From: a virus
Taxonomy: Duplodnaviria; Caudoviricetes
DNA length: 35,592 bases
Direction: 5' to 3' (one strand)
Virus record (IMG/VR): IMGVR_UViG_3300021961_000299
Span: 1 to 35,592 of that record
Below, piece after piece: positions 27,101-33,814 of this stretch. The notes beneath the pieces were generated by a model. That model ran no database searches and had not been told where the DNA came from. It worked only from the letters and a program-made list of their open reading frames with translations. A program made the translations under genes and the position numbers. Position 1 is the first letter of the stretch; each line of letters opens with the position of its first letter.

Positions 27101-29969
27101 TCTCAACGGTAGAGATATTTTCGGACTTAACTTTTAGTTTTCTATTCTGATATCCACTTCCAGGATTAATAACTTTAATTGAACTGAGAGTTTTCTTACC
27201 CTCATACATTCTGAACTTATGAATACCCTGAGAAGTTGTAGTAAATCCTACGGTGTTAATACCACTAGAGTAGTTCTCGAAAGATTCGTACAACTTAATT
27301 GTTGTGGTATTTACCAACTCGGCATAGTATACAGATCCACTATTCAACGCTAGGTCTTGGTGGGCATTACTTCCACCATAAGTGCCTACACCAATAGCAT
27401 CATTTCCATTTCTGCTGTATACGATAGCATCACCATTTCTGAGATTGTGTGCTTTAGGGAAGGTGATTGTTTCGTTAGAAATATCAATTCCACCACCATC
27501 TGATGTTAGACGTGCATCAAATTCAACTTCACGATATCTTGTACCAACGATTGGTTCTAGTATTGCTCCAGTTCCATTACCACCAGAAATAGTTACTGAA
27601 AGAACATCCTTAATATCAAAGTCTTGTGGATCTACTTTAACTTCTTTTACGGTTCCTTCTAATACTGGTCTAACCAAAGCGGCAGTATATCCAACACCAG
27701 GAGAATCTATTTCAATGTCTGGAGGAGAAATAATATCATAATTGGTTCCACCATTGTAAAGACGAACACTTTCCAGAGGACCATAGTAAATCTTATCGTC
27801 TGATTTGTAGTTTAAAATCTCAACACCATTAACCAACATACCAATAGACTCTGGTAGTGTCGGTGTATCATTACCATTTTCAATATTTCTGGTTAGTGGG
27901 AACTTCTTAAGAAGTTTTTGGGGATAAATGTATCCACTTCTCTGAGCAGATAGAGTGAAAGTATGTGAACCAGTAGCACTATCTGATGTAAACTCAACTG
28001 GATTATCACTAACAATCAGTGATCTTGAAGCATATAGTTTGATTTGGTTTGTTAGGGGAAGAACCTTAACGTAGTAGTACCCCTCACTTAGACCATTCAA
28101 GGAAGAATCTGAGTATGTGTAATAGACTTCATCACCAGTGATGAAAGGAACGTTAGTAGCAAAAGAGATAACTGAATATTTTTCAGTTGTGGTATTATAT
28201 CCTTGAAGGGCACTTCCACTTGCAGAAGATATCGTTGCCTTCAGAATTGATTCTGTAATCTCATATGATGGTAGTGAGTTTGAAGCAACATATCCATGTC
28301 CACTACGGTCAGTATAGACATTCTGAACATCGCTAGTCAGAGTGTTATCACCATAGAAAATATCAGTTCCACTACTAGATGCAGTGTTTAGTTTTCTTCT
28401 AATGGTATAGATTACTGTTAAACTTGAGGTGAATCCACTGAGGTTATCGAGAGTTACTTGCTTGTTAACTGCATCAATAACGGAAACTGTAGCATTGCTG
28501 TGAAGAACAGTCTCTGTTACTCCATTTAGAATGTCTACAGTATCACCAACTTTTAGACTTGACTTATCAAGTTCACTCTTTAATTGGAAAGTTGAACCAT
28601 TAATGCTATCAACTTCAAATCTTGAGCTGGTATTGTATATCCAACTATTAGCAAATATTTCCTTATCGGTCTTATTTGTAGATGGATTCAGGATTTTTTC
28701 ACCAACATTCTTGGTGTAGATTTTTTGACCCTCTACCGAAAGTAAAATATCATTAGTTGCTTCAAATTCAGACAATACGCCTGTGATTCTGAGTTCTACT
28801 TTCTTTGCAGTATCTCCATTTTCATAACCAAAGAAGACCTCATCAGTTCTGATGTCTGCCTTTGTTGGAATTGCAACACTAACACCAGTACAACCAAGGA
28901 ACTGGTTTACAGTCTTCGCAGTATACGTTACAGTATTGACGCCAGAAATTACCTTTCCAGTGTCTGCAAATCCGACAGTAGAGTCAACGGTGATTACCGA
29001 TGCACCTACAGATACTGGATTAATAACTTTTGTTTGAGGTTGAATTTCAAAAGTACCTTCAATAAGGTCTCTATCGTCAAATCCAACAAACAGACCAAGT
29101 TTGAAATAAGTATTGATACCAGATCTGGTGAAGATTTCTACTTCAGATACTGATGCTTTGGTCTCAGAATCTGAAGACTTGACGATTGTTTGACCAACCA
29201 GGTTGTTGGGGTCGCCAGAGACTCTCTCTGCAACAACAACTTCTCTTCTGATGAACTCTGCAGAAGATGGTTTTACAAGGTGCTCTTCTAGGTCGATTAC
29301 CTGGGGGACAACACCATACAGAACTTTGAATAGAATCTTATATGACTCTTCCGTTCCTTTTGCTTCATAAAGACTTCTTGCTTCTTTTATGAAGTTATTA
29401 ACATCCAGATTTGATACGAAATCAACATTCTCAAGACCTGGAGTGAGGGAGTACTTGAGTTTGTTGTAGAATTCTTTGAGGAAAAGAGAACTTAGGTTCT
29501 TTACAGAACTTCCAGAATCGTGGGATACTGCGGATGAAGTATTGAATAGCAGTTCTTCTGGATTCAGATCCGTCTTATATGTGGTAATACCACTAAATCC
29601 TCTGATACAACCAGTAAAAGAGTTTGTAGTGATACCAGTATAGGTGATTATCTCATCACCAATCTTAAACAGACCATACTCATGAGGGAATCCCTTTGTT
29701 GATGCAACTTCAACTGTATCGACAGTAGAAGAGATGCCTACAGAAAGAGTGGTCTCACCAGTGATTACTTCGGGAGTTAGATTATCTAACTTCAAGTACT
29801 GGTCAAGATTATTTGAGAGGTCTGAAGGACCACTCTGATATTCTTGAGAAATATAATACTGTTTTAGAAAATCTACTGTTTTTGGACTTTCCGAAAGTAT
29901 GAATTCTGGTAGTTGACTCTCGATTATTTGCTGAACTTTTACCCTCTTCTCAAAGCCCGTTTGTATCAT
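18102..29969 (-). CDS. gp7: Giant baseplate wedge initiator, T4 gp7-like (3955 aa)
   Basis: Between gp6 and gp8. N-terminal IIESQLPEFI..FLKQYY, FIKEARSLYEAKGTEESYKILFKVLYG, and later YYQNLSYTIKS...WVDPVNRLLHPPG (gp7-type motifs), with many inserted repeat domains. Confidence 0.85.
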   Translation of the reverse strand: MIQTGFEKRVKVQQIIESQLPEFILSESPKTVDFLKQYYISQEYQSGPSDLSNNLDQYLKLDNLTPEVITGETTLSVGISSTVDTVEVASTKGFPHEYGLFKIGDEIITYTGITTNSFTGCIRGFSGITTYKTDLNPEELLFNTSSAVSHDSGSSVKNLSSLFLKEFYNKLKYSLTPGLENVDFVSNLDVNNFIKEARSLYEAKGTEESYKILFKVLYGVVPQVIDLEEHLVKPSSAEFIRREVVVAERVSGDPNNLVGQTIVKSSDSETKASVSEVEIFTRSGINTYFKLGLFVGFDDRDLIEGTFEIQPQTKVINPVSVGASVITVDSTVGFADTGKVISGVNTVTYTAKTVNQFLGCTGVSVAIPTKADIRTDEVFFGYENGDTAKKVELRITGVLSEFEATNDILLSVEGQKIYTKNVGEKILNPSTNKTDKEIFANSWIYNTSSRFEVDSINGSTFQLKSELDKSSLKVGDTVDILNGVTETVLHSNATVSVIDAVNKQVTLDNLSGFTSSLTVIYTIRRKLNTASSSGTDIFYGDNTLTSDVQNVYTDRSGHGYVASNSLPSYEITESILKATISSASGSALQGYNTTTEKYSVISFATNVPFITGDEVYYTYSDSSLNGLSEGYYYVKVLPLTNQIKLYASRSLIVSDNPVEFTSDSATGSHTFTLSAQRSGYIYPQKLLKKFPLTRNIENGNDTPTLPESIGMLVNGVEILNYKSDDKIYYGPLESVRLYNGGTNYDIISPPDIEIDSPGVGYTAALVRPVLEGTVKEVKVDPQDFDIKDVLSVTISGGNGTGAILEPIVGTRYREVEFDARLTSDGGGIDISNETITFPKAHNLRNGDAIVYSRNGNDAIGVGTYGGSNAHQDLALNSGSVYYAELVNTTTIKLYESFENYSSGINTVGFTTTSQGIHKFRMYEGKKTLSSIKVINPGSGYQNRKLKVKSENISTVENTITFTGHGFADGDVVVYTTDGTAVTGLSTTLSYKVLKVSDDSFKLADAGIGATVTTNYTKRLPVSITAVGSGLQNFAYPDITLSINVEYDGLTGIITATPVVRGEIVDLYLYETGTGYGTTVLNFHKKPNVKIKNGKDAELKPLISGGSIVSVQVTSGGSEYTSAPDLTVTGDGVGAKLRAIVSGGKITNVVVLNPGVGYAQNTTSIQVTSAGRNGNIEASVRPLTLNNHYRFGDEILIQTNGELGYGVVGYTTSIGSSQFGDNGTAHSPIVGWAYDGNPIYGAYAYTDASDINSGIKILDSGYVTSTSDVVDRPLGFTAGFFVEDYKFNSSGDLDEHNGRYAKTPEFPNGVYAYHVGITSDGKNSKFPYFLGHTYRSLPVVQNIDQGYDFNNSKLTRNTFPYKIGDKYANNDFISESYETLMQTAVIDSITKGSVDGFDINEPGSNYRVNDVASFDNTDTNGGGLSAYVESVTGKSIVDVNTTVQTYQSTVLTWDNSNQVSVHVDPYHTFLENDQIIISGLSTFVPNLTKLHKIGVTSESTKLVAEVPANSTVGFVTDIYVINIPSTVSAGTTVAIGTERMSVLSTYPDNKVIRVVRGVSGSAHTSFTDVFVSTNRFTLPVKTTYFDSSLNDKIYFNPIQSVGIGTTTGSAYSNDYRIGDRTISVSVPIQNIYLPNHPFKTGQQVTFEKYSGAQGFTVSNTETSSTFGIPLSGDTETLFVIKKSDDFIGLCTQVGLTTNTAGLYFRNILSNGDSTDYRYSLTNNKTQVTARAEKIKARVSVSTDHNLTNGDTIKLTLNSEQSVGIGTSVSVYLKYNSEHDRLLANPIGFNSTAVNTSTDELTILDHGLKTGDKVFYNASDLVASGLSTGAYFVYRIDDDTINLTTTYYDAVSTPPSVVSLGSTGGSSQELSKISPQLQVVRDNNLVFNVSDTSLDGYTLKLFYDKEFENELVSIGSSTTFSTIGVGTVGVTTTATFTLNYSKDLPSKVYYQLDKSGFISTADTDVRNNNEILFVDSKYNGTYTVSGVAATTFDISLRGVPEDLDYNQDSTSVLKYSTTSLGALGGVDSMRITFGGANYKKLPKFVSIASSIGENADIIPTSKTLGRINQITIQDPGFDFSADKTLNPEVYISPNITVVNRNEITNIDVTSGGSGYTSAPDLVIVNPSTGTAYDTGLVIAKMQGAAISSVEIVESPKGISEVESKIYSVNNSNGVGINSIFTSQAGVVTCVLSTPVNGFTASTVPFVVGDFVFAENISLASTTGTGFNSADYSYNFFRVTAYRNTNPAEVEYDISPYATNAGVANTSQNSFAFLVNRNNYPTFDVTQEPLPFIVGETLYTKSGGTYIERDLIITDNLNDSIKVYGTYTLSVGEVISGKDSGALATIDSVQENKGIFTINYSLNTDYGWSNDIGKLDEDYQVLPNNDYYQNLSYTIKSPIVYEDWVDPVNRLLHPPGIKNFSDTGITSEGRVSAATSNLSTSTALVDIINVNADGTTMRVDAINFFDFGIDTDVTSNKSKFVKLQNKKLSDYIECRTNRVLTIDNFNSQFSNAEDANTTLYKDIDTFIANDGYSRYFVQIINPNTNDVQATELVVLNTPSDDLITVEKSSIFNTATQAGDLQAIKDSFGNVKLRFTPDDPYQSDYDIKFIKTNFNTTLAGINTQSVGFVDLIGSNVTVGVGSTATVYEKVSTTAESLFAIIELTDTVTKDKTVVDMFIDHDGSDTYKSDFFFDNNSGSQISNNFIGTFTSSIDSGVLSLKFENTEANEVLVRSSVVGFGTTASGIGTHIFKASGQPDSAVKEGRLESNYSVFSGTGISTILTYSVTDVTTVKTTAKVSYGNTSALHQIVFDHDTTDTFTVQYPYLSIQSTTGIGTFGSEISGTDFNLIFYPDSNISDDITIQTYNEIIQTEKDLNNIPAVLSYGTVNQKIVTEQFDSINGDRTNKLDFDVKHDGVPIFEKQFDPGISTVVNLGTGVFTINDHFFSTGEKLTYTPRSSFVGSSYTAMVMSDTNILPVDVYAIKINNNEFKLATSKSDANAGTAVTFNSAGSGNAHTLEMSKKLEKSLITIDGVARSPLAFTPISHTLFDNGGSISVGATYFGVSGISSILPGDVLKIDDEFVKVDAVGIGTTTIGPITGTGSFNVVKSERGFVGTLATTHTDGTTVRVYQGSYNMTRSKIHFTEAPRGNTQELVDESNIPYAKSTFTGRVYLRQDYSTNQIYDNITRQFTGIGATYRLTVGGANTTGIETGSGLVFINNMFQTPTTSNNPGGNYSFIENAGISSIVFSGVNNASFISDYDVNQNLLPRGGLIVSVGSTQGLGFAPLVGAAVTAVISGGVIQSVGLGSTDILGSGYRGTVSIGVTDANHTGDAATITATVGAGGTLSFTVSDGGTGYSSNPTIQIPEPNYENLSVVGVSRLGIGATTDTGSALLLNVEVGAAVTNVGIGSTLFEVTSFKITRPGWGFRKGDKFKPVGLVTAAGLSSPVNDFELEVLDVFSDNFAAWQFGQFDYIDSISSLQNGVRKRFPLYYNGDLLSFEVDSNNVDSAAIDLEALLLIYIDGVLQEPNVNYNFEGGTSIVFTTAPKEDDIIDIFFYMGTRDTDSVSVNINETIKVGDIIQLNKTPNSAVQDPRTIYNINASDKVETNIYGGLGIDDTNYKDFSWIKQKVDKNLGGELIYKSRDSIEGQVYPTAKIIGDFSTSDTEIFVDDAQLFNYENGIGGNSTDALIVNTTTDPVAAAITAVVSAAGTISSFTITDGGSGYTGSSAVIKISAPKQVGVGIGTTATATATVSNGTITAVSITNAGLGYTHTAPPQVLTTLPSVSFENVLNMTAVAGFAGTITGIGTTVGTGGNPLAIKFTLNASSFTGLQEGYPIYVFGTSIGSGVTSINGSDSSTVGIGTTFLDNIYIINSFHSSSTTGVATCNILSTTLTTGLSTTGSATDPRGHFSWGRLSGFSRASSPISIGVTGLTVDSGLSTFPTIQRRGYGLRSNGALKKDL

Positions 29970-29970
29970 T

Positions 29971-31851
29971 TTATCCTCTCTTTAGTTCTCCGTTTAAGTA
30001 ACTAGAAGTAACTTTATAACCGACGCCAGAAATCTGTTCGCCAGATGTTATAGTATCTTTAACCATATTTATGGTGCTATCAGCAACAGAAAAGGATAGA
30101 TATAGATCCTTTAGACCAATGATATCGTTAGACTCTGGGAACGCCTGAATCTCTACAATATTATTAGCAATTGCTGTAGATGTGATGTTTAAAGTGTTGA
30201 GAATGATCTCACCTTTCGTGTAATCTACGGTGCCTGCAGACTTCACCACGACCTCATACTTCCCAGTCTCGTTAATGTCCTTAACGATAGAGATAACGCC
30301 CTTCCCGTTGCTTCCAGGTACGTCTGTGAAGTAGAACGTGCCTATTCTACCAGCGAGAGTGAACCCTGTGCTCTTGATATTGAACCCATCCTTGTTGATG
30401 TGGAACTTATTACCAAAGCAAAGTTCATATTGTGCAGATTGGTTGATTAGTGCTTTTAGATTTCTGCGAATGATAACTCTTGTAATATTAGAGGTAATCG
30501 CATTATCACTATTATCAATTGTCTGGCACAACTTACTATATTTGAATCTACCACCAAACTGATTGATGTTTGCCTTGGCGAAAGTGTTCAGAACAGAGGT
30601 TACTTTTGTCTTCAGTGCATTAACATTGCTAACCTGGGAACTGTTGTAGTAAACTCCAGAGTTAATTTCAACGTAAAGGACCTTAAGATCAGTAATTCTC
30701 TGGTTAATACCAGAAAGTGCATAATCTTTCAGTTTTGTAAGGATAGTTTGCTTGTCGAAGTCGGAAACAAAGTCACCATTCTTTGGTTTGATGCTAATAA
30801 TGACGTTTCCGAACTCTGGTGGGTCTAATTCTTCGCCACCAACGACAGAAACTGACTCTGTGTTAGGGTAAATTTGCTGAATAATCGCTTCATAGTCACG
30901 AGTCGTCACTGCTCTATGCTGAGAAGCGTAAATTCTTGGTGCGAAGTACTTAATTGAGTCAATACTTTCAATCGCACTGCCGTTTGCTGACGAATTTACG
31001 GTTGTAACACTAATTGTATTGGTTGGAATGACCGTATTTGCTAAAGAATCTAAGAATCTACCGGAGAATGAGAAATTAGACGCTCCATTTCCGTCTTCAC
31101 CATCAGTGATAATGTATGAAACGGTAATAACCGCTCCATTTTCCAGTTTTTTGCCGAAATATCCGTCTCCAAACAGAAGTTCGTACTTTTCATCCTGAAC
31201 TTCTTGAATCAGATAGATTTCTGAACTCTTATTGATGTTTAAAATGTTGTCTACACGGGAATATTCTCTTCCTTCACCACTATCAGAGAGTCCTTTGACT
31301 TTTACGACAATAGTTGAGGTATCAATGAAGGAATTATCAAGAATAAAACGCTGATCAAGTGATCCATCGACCAAAAATTGCTTCTTGAGATACGTTCCTT
31401 GATAGATCGTAATGTTGTTGAAAGAAGCAGCACCAGAATTGATTGTTGTAGTGATGCTTTCTGGTATTGAGAAGATATAATTGCTGTTTTCTGCCGTCCC
31501 TACGCACACCAGACCCGCCTGTAAGGTCAGTGTATCCGATGATGAGGTAGTTGATGCGCTCAAACTTACAGTTGCCTTAGCGGCGTTCCTGGAGCGAGGT
31601 ACATAACCAATGTTTCTGGCGAGAGAAACGACATTTTCTCTCAAAGTTGCCGAATCCAAGAAGGATTCGTTGACTACCATGTTCGCATTGAATGCATTAA
31701 TATAGGTATTATATGCTAGCGTGTCGATTAAGACAGAAAAATTAGACCCCTCAAAGTCAAAATCCGTGAAATTTGAGTTAGCACGGAGATAATCTTTGAT
31801 CGAGGTCCTTATTTGGTCAAAATCGAGGTTCGTAAACTTTGTAAAAGGCAT
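29971..31851 (-). CDS. gp6: Baseplate wedge subunit, T4 gp6-like
   Basis: Motifs LDFDQIRTSIKDYLR, FTDFDFEGSNFSVLIDTLAYNTY, ESFLDSATLRENVVSLARNIGYVPRS, YELLFGDG and RAVTTRDYE. Confidence 0.95.
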   Translation of the reverse strand: MPFTKFTNLDFDQIRTSIKDYLRANSNFTDFDFEGSNFSVLIDTLAYNTYINAFNANMVVNESFLDSATLRENVVSLARNIGYVPRSRNAAKATVSLSASTTSSSDTLTLQAGLVCVGTAENSNYIFSIPESITTTINSGAASFNNITIYQGTYLKKQFLVDGSLDQRFILDNSFIDTSTIVVKVKGLSDSGEGREYSRVDNILNINKSSEIYLIQEVQDEKYELLFGDGYFGKKLENGAVITVSYIITDGEDGNGASNFSFSGRFLDSLANTVIPTNTISVTTVNSSANGSAIESIDSIKYFAPRIYASQHRAVTTRDYEAIIQQIYPNTESVSVVGGEELDPPEFGNVIISIKPKNGDFVSDFDKQTILTKLKDYALSGINQRITDLKVLYVEINSGVYYNSSQVSNVNALKTKVTSVLNTFAKANINQFGGRFKYSKLCQTIDNSDNAITSNITRVIIRRNLKALINQSAQYELCFGNKFHINKDGFNIKSTGFTLAGRIGTFYFTDVPGSNGKGVISIVKDINETGKYEVVVKSAGTVDYTKGEIILNTLNITSTAIANNIVEIQAFPESNDIIGLKDLYLSFSVADSTINMVKDTITSGEQISGVGYKVTSSYLNGELKRG

Positions 31852-31855
31852 CTTT

Positions 31856-32257
31856 TTATCTGGTAGCCTCTAATAAGAATGTAAATTGTTGCGCTGGAAT
31901 GTCTTGACCGATGATATTGTACAAAACTGTGACCTCAAACGTGTTATTATCGGGTTGAGGATCAACATCTACCCTAACATTATTGACTCTTGGTTCAAAA
32001 TTAGCAATCGTGGTCAAAATTTGCTCTTGAATGACGGTAGCAGTACCAAAATCGACGAAATCAAACAGACTTGAGCGCACATCAGACCCTAAAAGTGGTT
32101 GAAAAAAGCGCTCATTTGGTATTGTCTGCACTAAATTACGAATTGAACGGGTAATTGCCGCCGCATTCTTGAGGACAGGTAGATCTTTAGTCACAGGATG
32201 GGGCTCAAAAGACAAACTAATGTCCTTAAATGCTCTAGAAACCCGTGAAATCGCCAT
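31856..32257 (-). CDS. gp25: Baseplate wedge subunit, T4 gp25-like
   Basis: Motifs FKDISLSF..HPVTKD, AI..SIRNLVQT..NERFFQP.LGS and I.NFEPRV. Confidence 0.95.
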   Translation of the reverse strand: MAISRVSRAFKDISLSFEPHPVTKDLPVLKNAAAITRSIRNLVQTIPNERFFQPLLGSDVRSSLFDFVDFGTATVIQEQILTTIANFEPRVNNVRVDVDPQPDNNTFEVTVLYNIIGQDIPAQQFTFLLEATR

Positions 32258-32279
32258 TTGTCAAGAAGTTTTCTTGCTT

Positions 32280-32287
32280 TATTTATA
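32280..32287 (-). promoter_or_regulatory. T4-type late promoter TATAAATA upstream of gp25
   Basis: Perfect consensus, 22 nt upstream of the gp25 ATG. Confidence 0.8.
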
Positions 32288-32288
32288 T

Positions 32289-32549
32289 TTACATCCAAGG
32301 ATTGCCATAAGTTGGCTCTGTTCCATAGTCCCAATCATCATAATCTTCATCATTACGAATCTTTTCATGAAGTTGTGACTGTTTTTTCAAGTCATGCTTC
32401 TGTTCATAGTCCATGATTTCTTGAAGAAATTCCTTCTTTTCCTCATAGACATTGATTTTTTGCATTGAACCATAGTCTGAAGCAAGTTTTGTGGTGCCCC
32501 ACATCTGCTTCATGTACTCTGTGTTTCTATCGACAGGTGATTGTCCCAT
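32289..32549 (-). CDS. Hypothetical protein (86 aa, MGQSPVDRN...) with acidic/aromatic C-terminus
   Basis: ORF 32289..32570; start moved to ATG 32549, preceded by the SD CAGGAG. Confidence 0.8.
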   Translation of the reverse strand: MGQSPVDRNTEYMKQMWGTTKLASDYGSMQKINVYEEKKEFLQEIMDYEQKHDLKKQSQLHEKIRNDEDYDDWDYGTEPTYGNPWM

Positions 32550-32552
32550 TTT

Positions 32553-32600
32553 AGCTCCTGATTTATACAAATCAGAACTTTTAGAGGGGTTGCTATCCCT
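32553..32600 (-). promoter_or_regulatory. Structured 5' leader with two hairpins, the second occluding the ribosome-binding site
   Basis: Minus strand AGGG-atagcaac-CCCT, then AGTTCTGATTT-gtat-AAATCAGGAGCT, in which the GGAG is in the paired arm. Confidence 0.55.
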
Positions 32601-32607
32601 TATGACT

Positions 32608-32615
32608 TATTTATT
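32608..32615 (-). promoter_or_regulatory. Late promoter AATAAATA
   Basis: The + strand reads TATTTATT, immediately downstream (minus sense) of the terminator and upstream of the structured leader. Confidence 0.65.
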
Positions 32616-32621
32616 TTCATG

Positions 32622-32647
32622 AAAAAGGGGGGTCTAATGCCCCCTTG
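32622..32647 (-). terminator. Rho-independent terminator
   Basis: Minus strand AAGGGGG-cattagac-CCCCCTT running into a T5 tract, a few nt after the stop of the 49-aa ORF. Confidence 0.8.
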
Positions 32648-32650
32648 TGT

Positions 32651-32800
32651 TTAACCTTTACCTTGACCGCGATAAGGTTTACGCGCTTTATTGCGAGAAG
32701 ACGCGGCGTACTTCGTTCCACCCCCTGCTCCTTGACGAGACTTTTTAGGCGGACCAGGAATATAAGAACTCTTATTCAGTCCAACTTTTGCCTTAGCCAT
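32651..32800 (-). CDS. Small highly basic protein (49 aa, MAKAKVGLNKSSYIPGPPKKSRQGAGGGTKYAASSRNKARKPYRGQGKG)
   Basis: Below the ORF-track cutoff; hand translated. Strong SD AAGGAG about 7 nt upstream, overlaps the upstream stop, followed by a terminator. Confidence 0.8.
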   Translation of the reverse strand: MAKAKVGLNKSSYIPGPPKKSRQGAGGGTKYAASSRNKARKPYRGQGKG

Positions 32801-32966
32801 AACAATTCTCCTTAATGATTTCAGTGTCCAATTCTTCAGGTCTTGGAGTGCCTGTCTGATAGTATTCTACCGACAGGTCCTCCATTGTATCGAAATACTC
32901 CTCCTGAGTCAAGTGGGAGTATATCTTCCTCCCCTTACAATAGATATTGTAAAGTTCGTTAGCCAT
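32793..32966 (-). CDS. Small acidic hypothetical protein (57 aa, MANELYNIYCKGRKIY...)
   Basis: ORF 32793..33014; start moved to ATG 32966, coupled to the upstream TGA (TGATG). Confidence 0.75.
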   Translation of the reverse strand: MANELYNIYCKGRKIYSHLTQEEYFDTMEDLSVEYYQTGTPRPEELDTEIIKENCYG

Positions 32967-33721
32967 CAAATAATCCTTGTCTTCTCGTGACCAACTCTGA
33001 TACGAGGATCGCACCAGATTTCAAAGCCTGCTTCCTTTGCATCTAAACAGAACGATACATCCTCTCCGCACATATCTTGTACGTCACCAGATTCAAAGAC
33101 TTGCATCTTTGGAGCAAACCAGGGATACTTCATCTCTTCGTGCTCAAAGACTCCATGCTTAATTATTAACCAACCAAATCCTGCATAGTCAACAGTGAAT
33201 GGTTTCTTACGCTTCGACATCGTTTCCAATGTCTCATGATTCATGACTCCTCCATTGTTCTTGAAGTCGTCCTCTTCCATCCAGTGTGCTACAGAGGTCG
33301 TTTGCCCGTCTTCCGTACAATACCAACCACTAGCAATATCCTGATCCATCAATACTAATTGTAAAAACTTTTCAGTATTGAAAACAATATCAGAATCAAT
33401 CCACAATTGATAATCATACTTCAGCTTGCCGTCCCAGGGAATCTGGTCAGGTCCACGAAGTACATTCGCCCCTAGGCACTTGCATCGTGCGAAGTTGACC
33501 ATCGAGGAGTAGTCTTGAGAAATCTGAATACTAGCACCGCTCTGTACGATATCAAAACAGAGCTGTACGAAGTTCTTTAAGAAGGTGTAAGAAACTCCGC
33601 GCCCAGGTAGACAGAAGACGATTGACTTACCACGGATCATCTCCCGTGCCTTCTCATAATCGAATTCTACTTCCTTGGTGACTGTCGGAGTCTTTGCTTT
33701 TACAGTAAATCCTTTAGCCAT
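32966..33721 (-). CDS. Glycosyltransferase-like protein (GT-A fold)
   Basis: DxD motif in YQLWIDSDIVF, VNFARCKC, AGFGWLIIK.GVFE, PWF, GEDVSFC and IWCDPRIRVGHEK, typical of phage GT2-like proteins. Confidence 0.8.
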   Translation of the reverse strand: MAKGFTVKAKTPTVTKEVEFDYEKAREMIRGKSIVFCLPGRGVSYTFLKNFVQLCFDIVQSGASIQISQDYSSMVNFARCKCLGANVLRGPDQIPWDGKLKYDYQLWIDSDIVFNTEKFLQLVLMDQDIASGWYCTEDGQTTSVAHWMEEDDFKNNGGVMNHETLETMSKRKKPFTVDYAGFGWLIIKHGVFEHEEMKYPWFAPKMQVFESGDVQDMCGEDVSFCLDAKEAGFEIWCDPRIRVGHEKTRII

Positions 33722-33744
33722 AAAACAGTGTAATTACATCAGTT

Positions 33745-33773
33745 ATCATACAGCATTATCTATATGAGGTCAA
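33745..33773 (-). promoter_or_regulatory. Sigma70-type promoter: TTGACC, 17-nt spacer, TATGAT
   Basis: -35 at 33768-33773 and -10 at 33745-33750, 23 nt upstream of the glycosyltransferase ATG. Confidence 0.75.
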
Positions 33774-33814
33774 GTGCTACGCCCTTGAGTATCAAGTGCC
33801 GCGCCCTTGAGTAT
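33771..33814. repeat. Tandem 22-bp direct repeat (2 copies, 20/22 identical)
   Basis: CAAGTGCTACGCCCTTGAGTAT (33771-33792) and CAAGTGCCGCGCCCTTGAGTAT (33793-33814). Confidence 0.9.

Noticed and set aside
9477-29969. Possible inteins or introns explaining the very large ORFs
   Set aside because: No intein splice-junction or LAGLIDADG/HNH motifs noticed and frames are uninterrupted; the size is explained by repeated structural domains.
794-32378. Numerous + strand ORFs of 60-190 aa in the ORF track (e.g. 4116..4580, 6806..7384, 11014..11412, 27382..27741)
   Set aside because: They lie antisense to well-supported structural genes; their Pro/Val/Thr-rich translations are the expected mirror of Gly/Thr-rich sense codons, and no expression signals were seen.
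33771-33814. Possible CRISPR mini-array
   Set aside because: Only two directly abutting units with no spacer and no cas genes.
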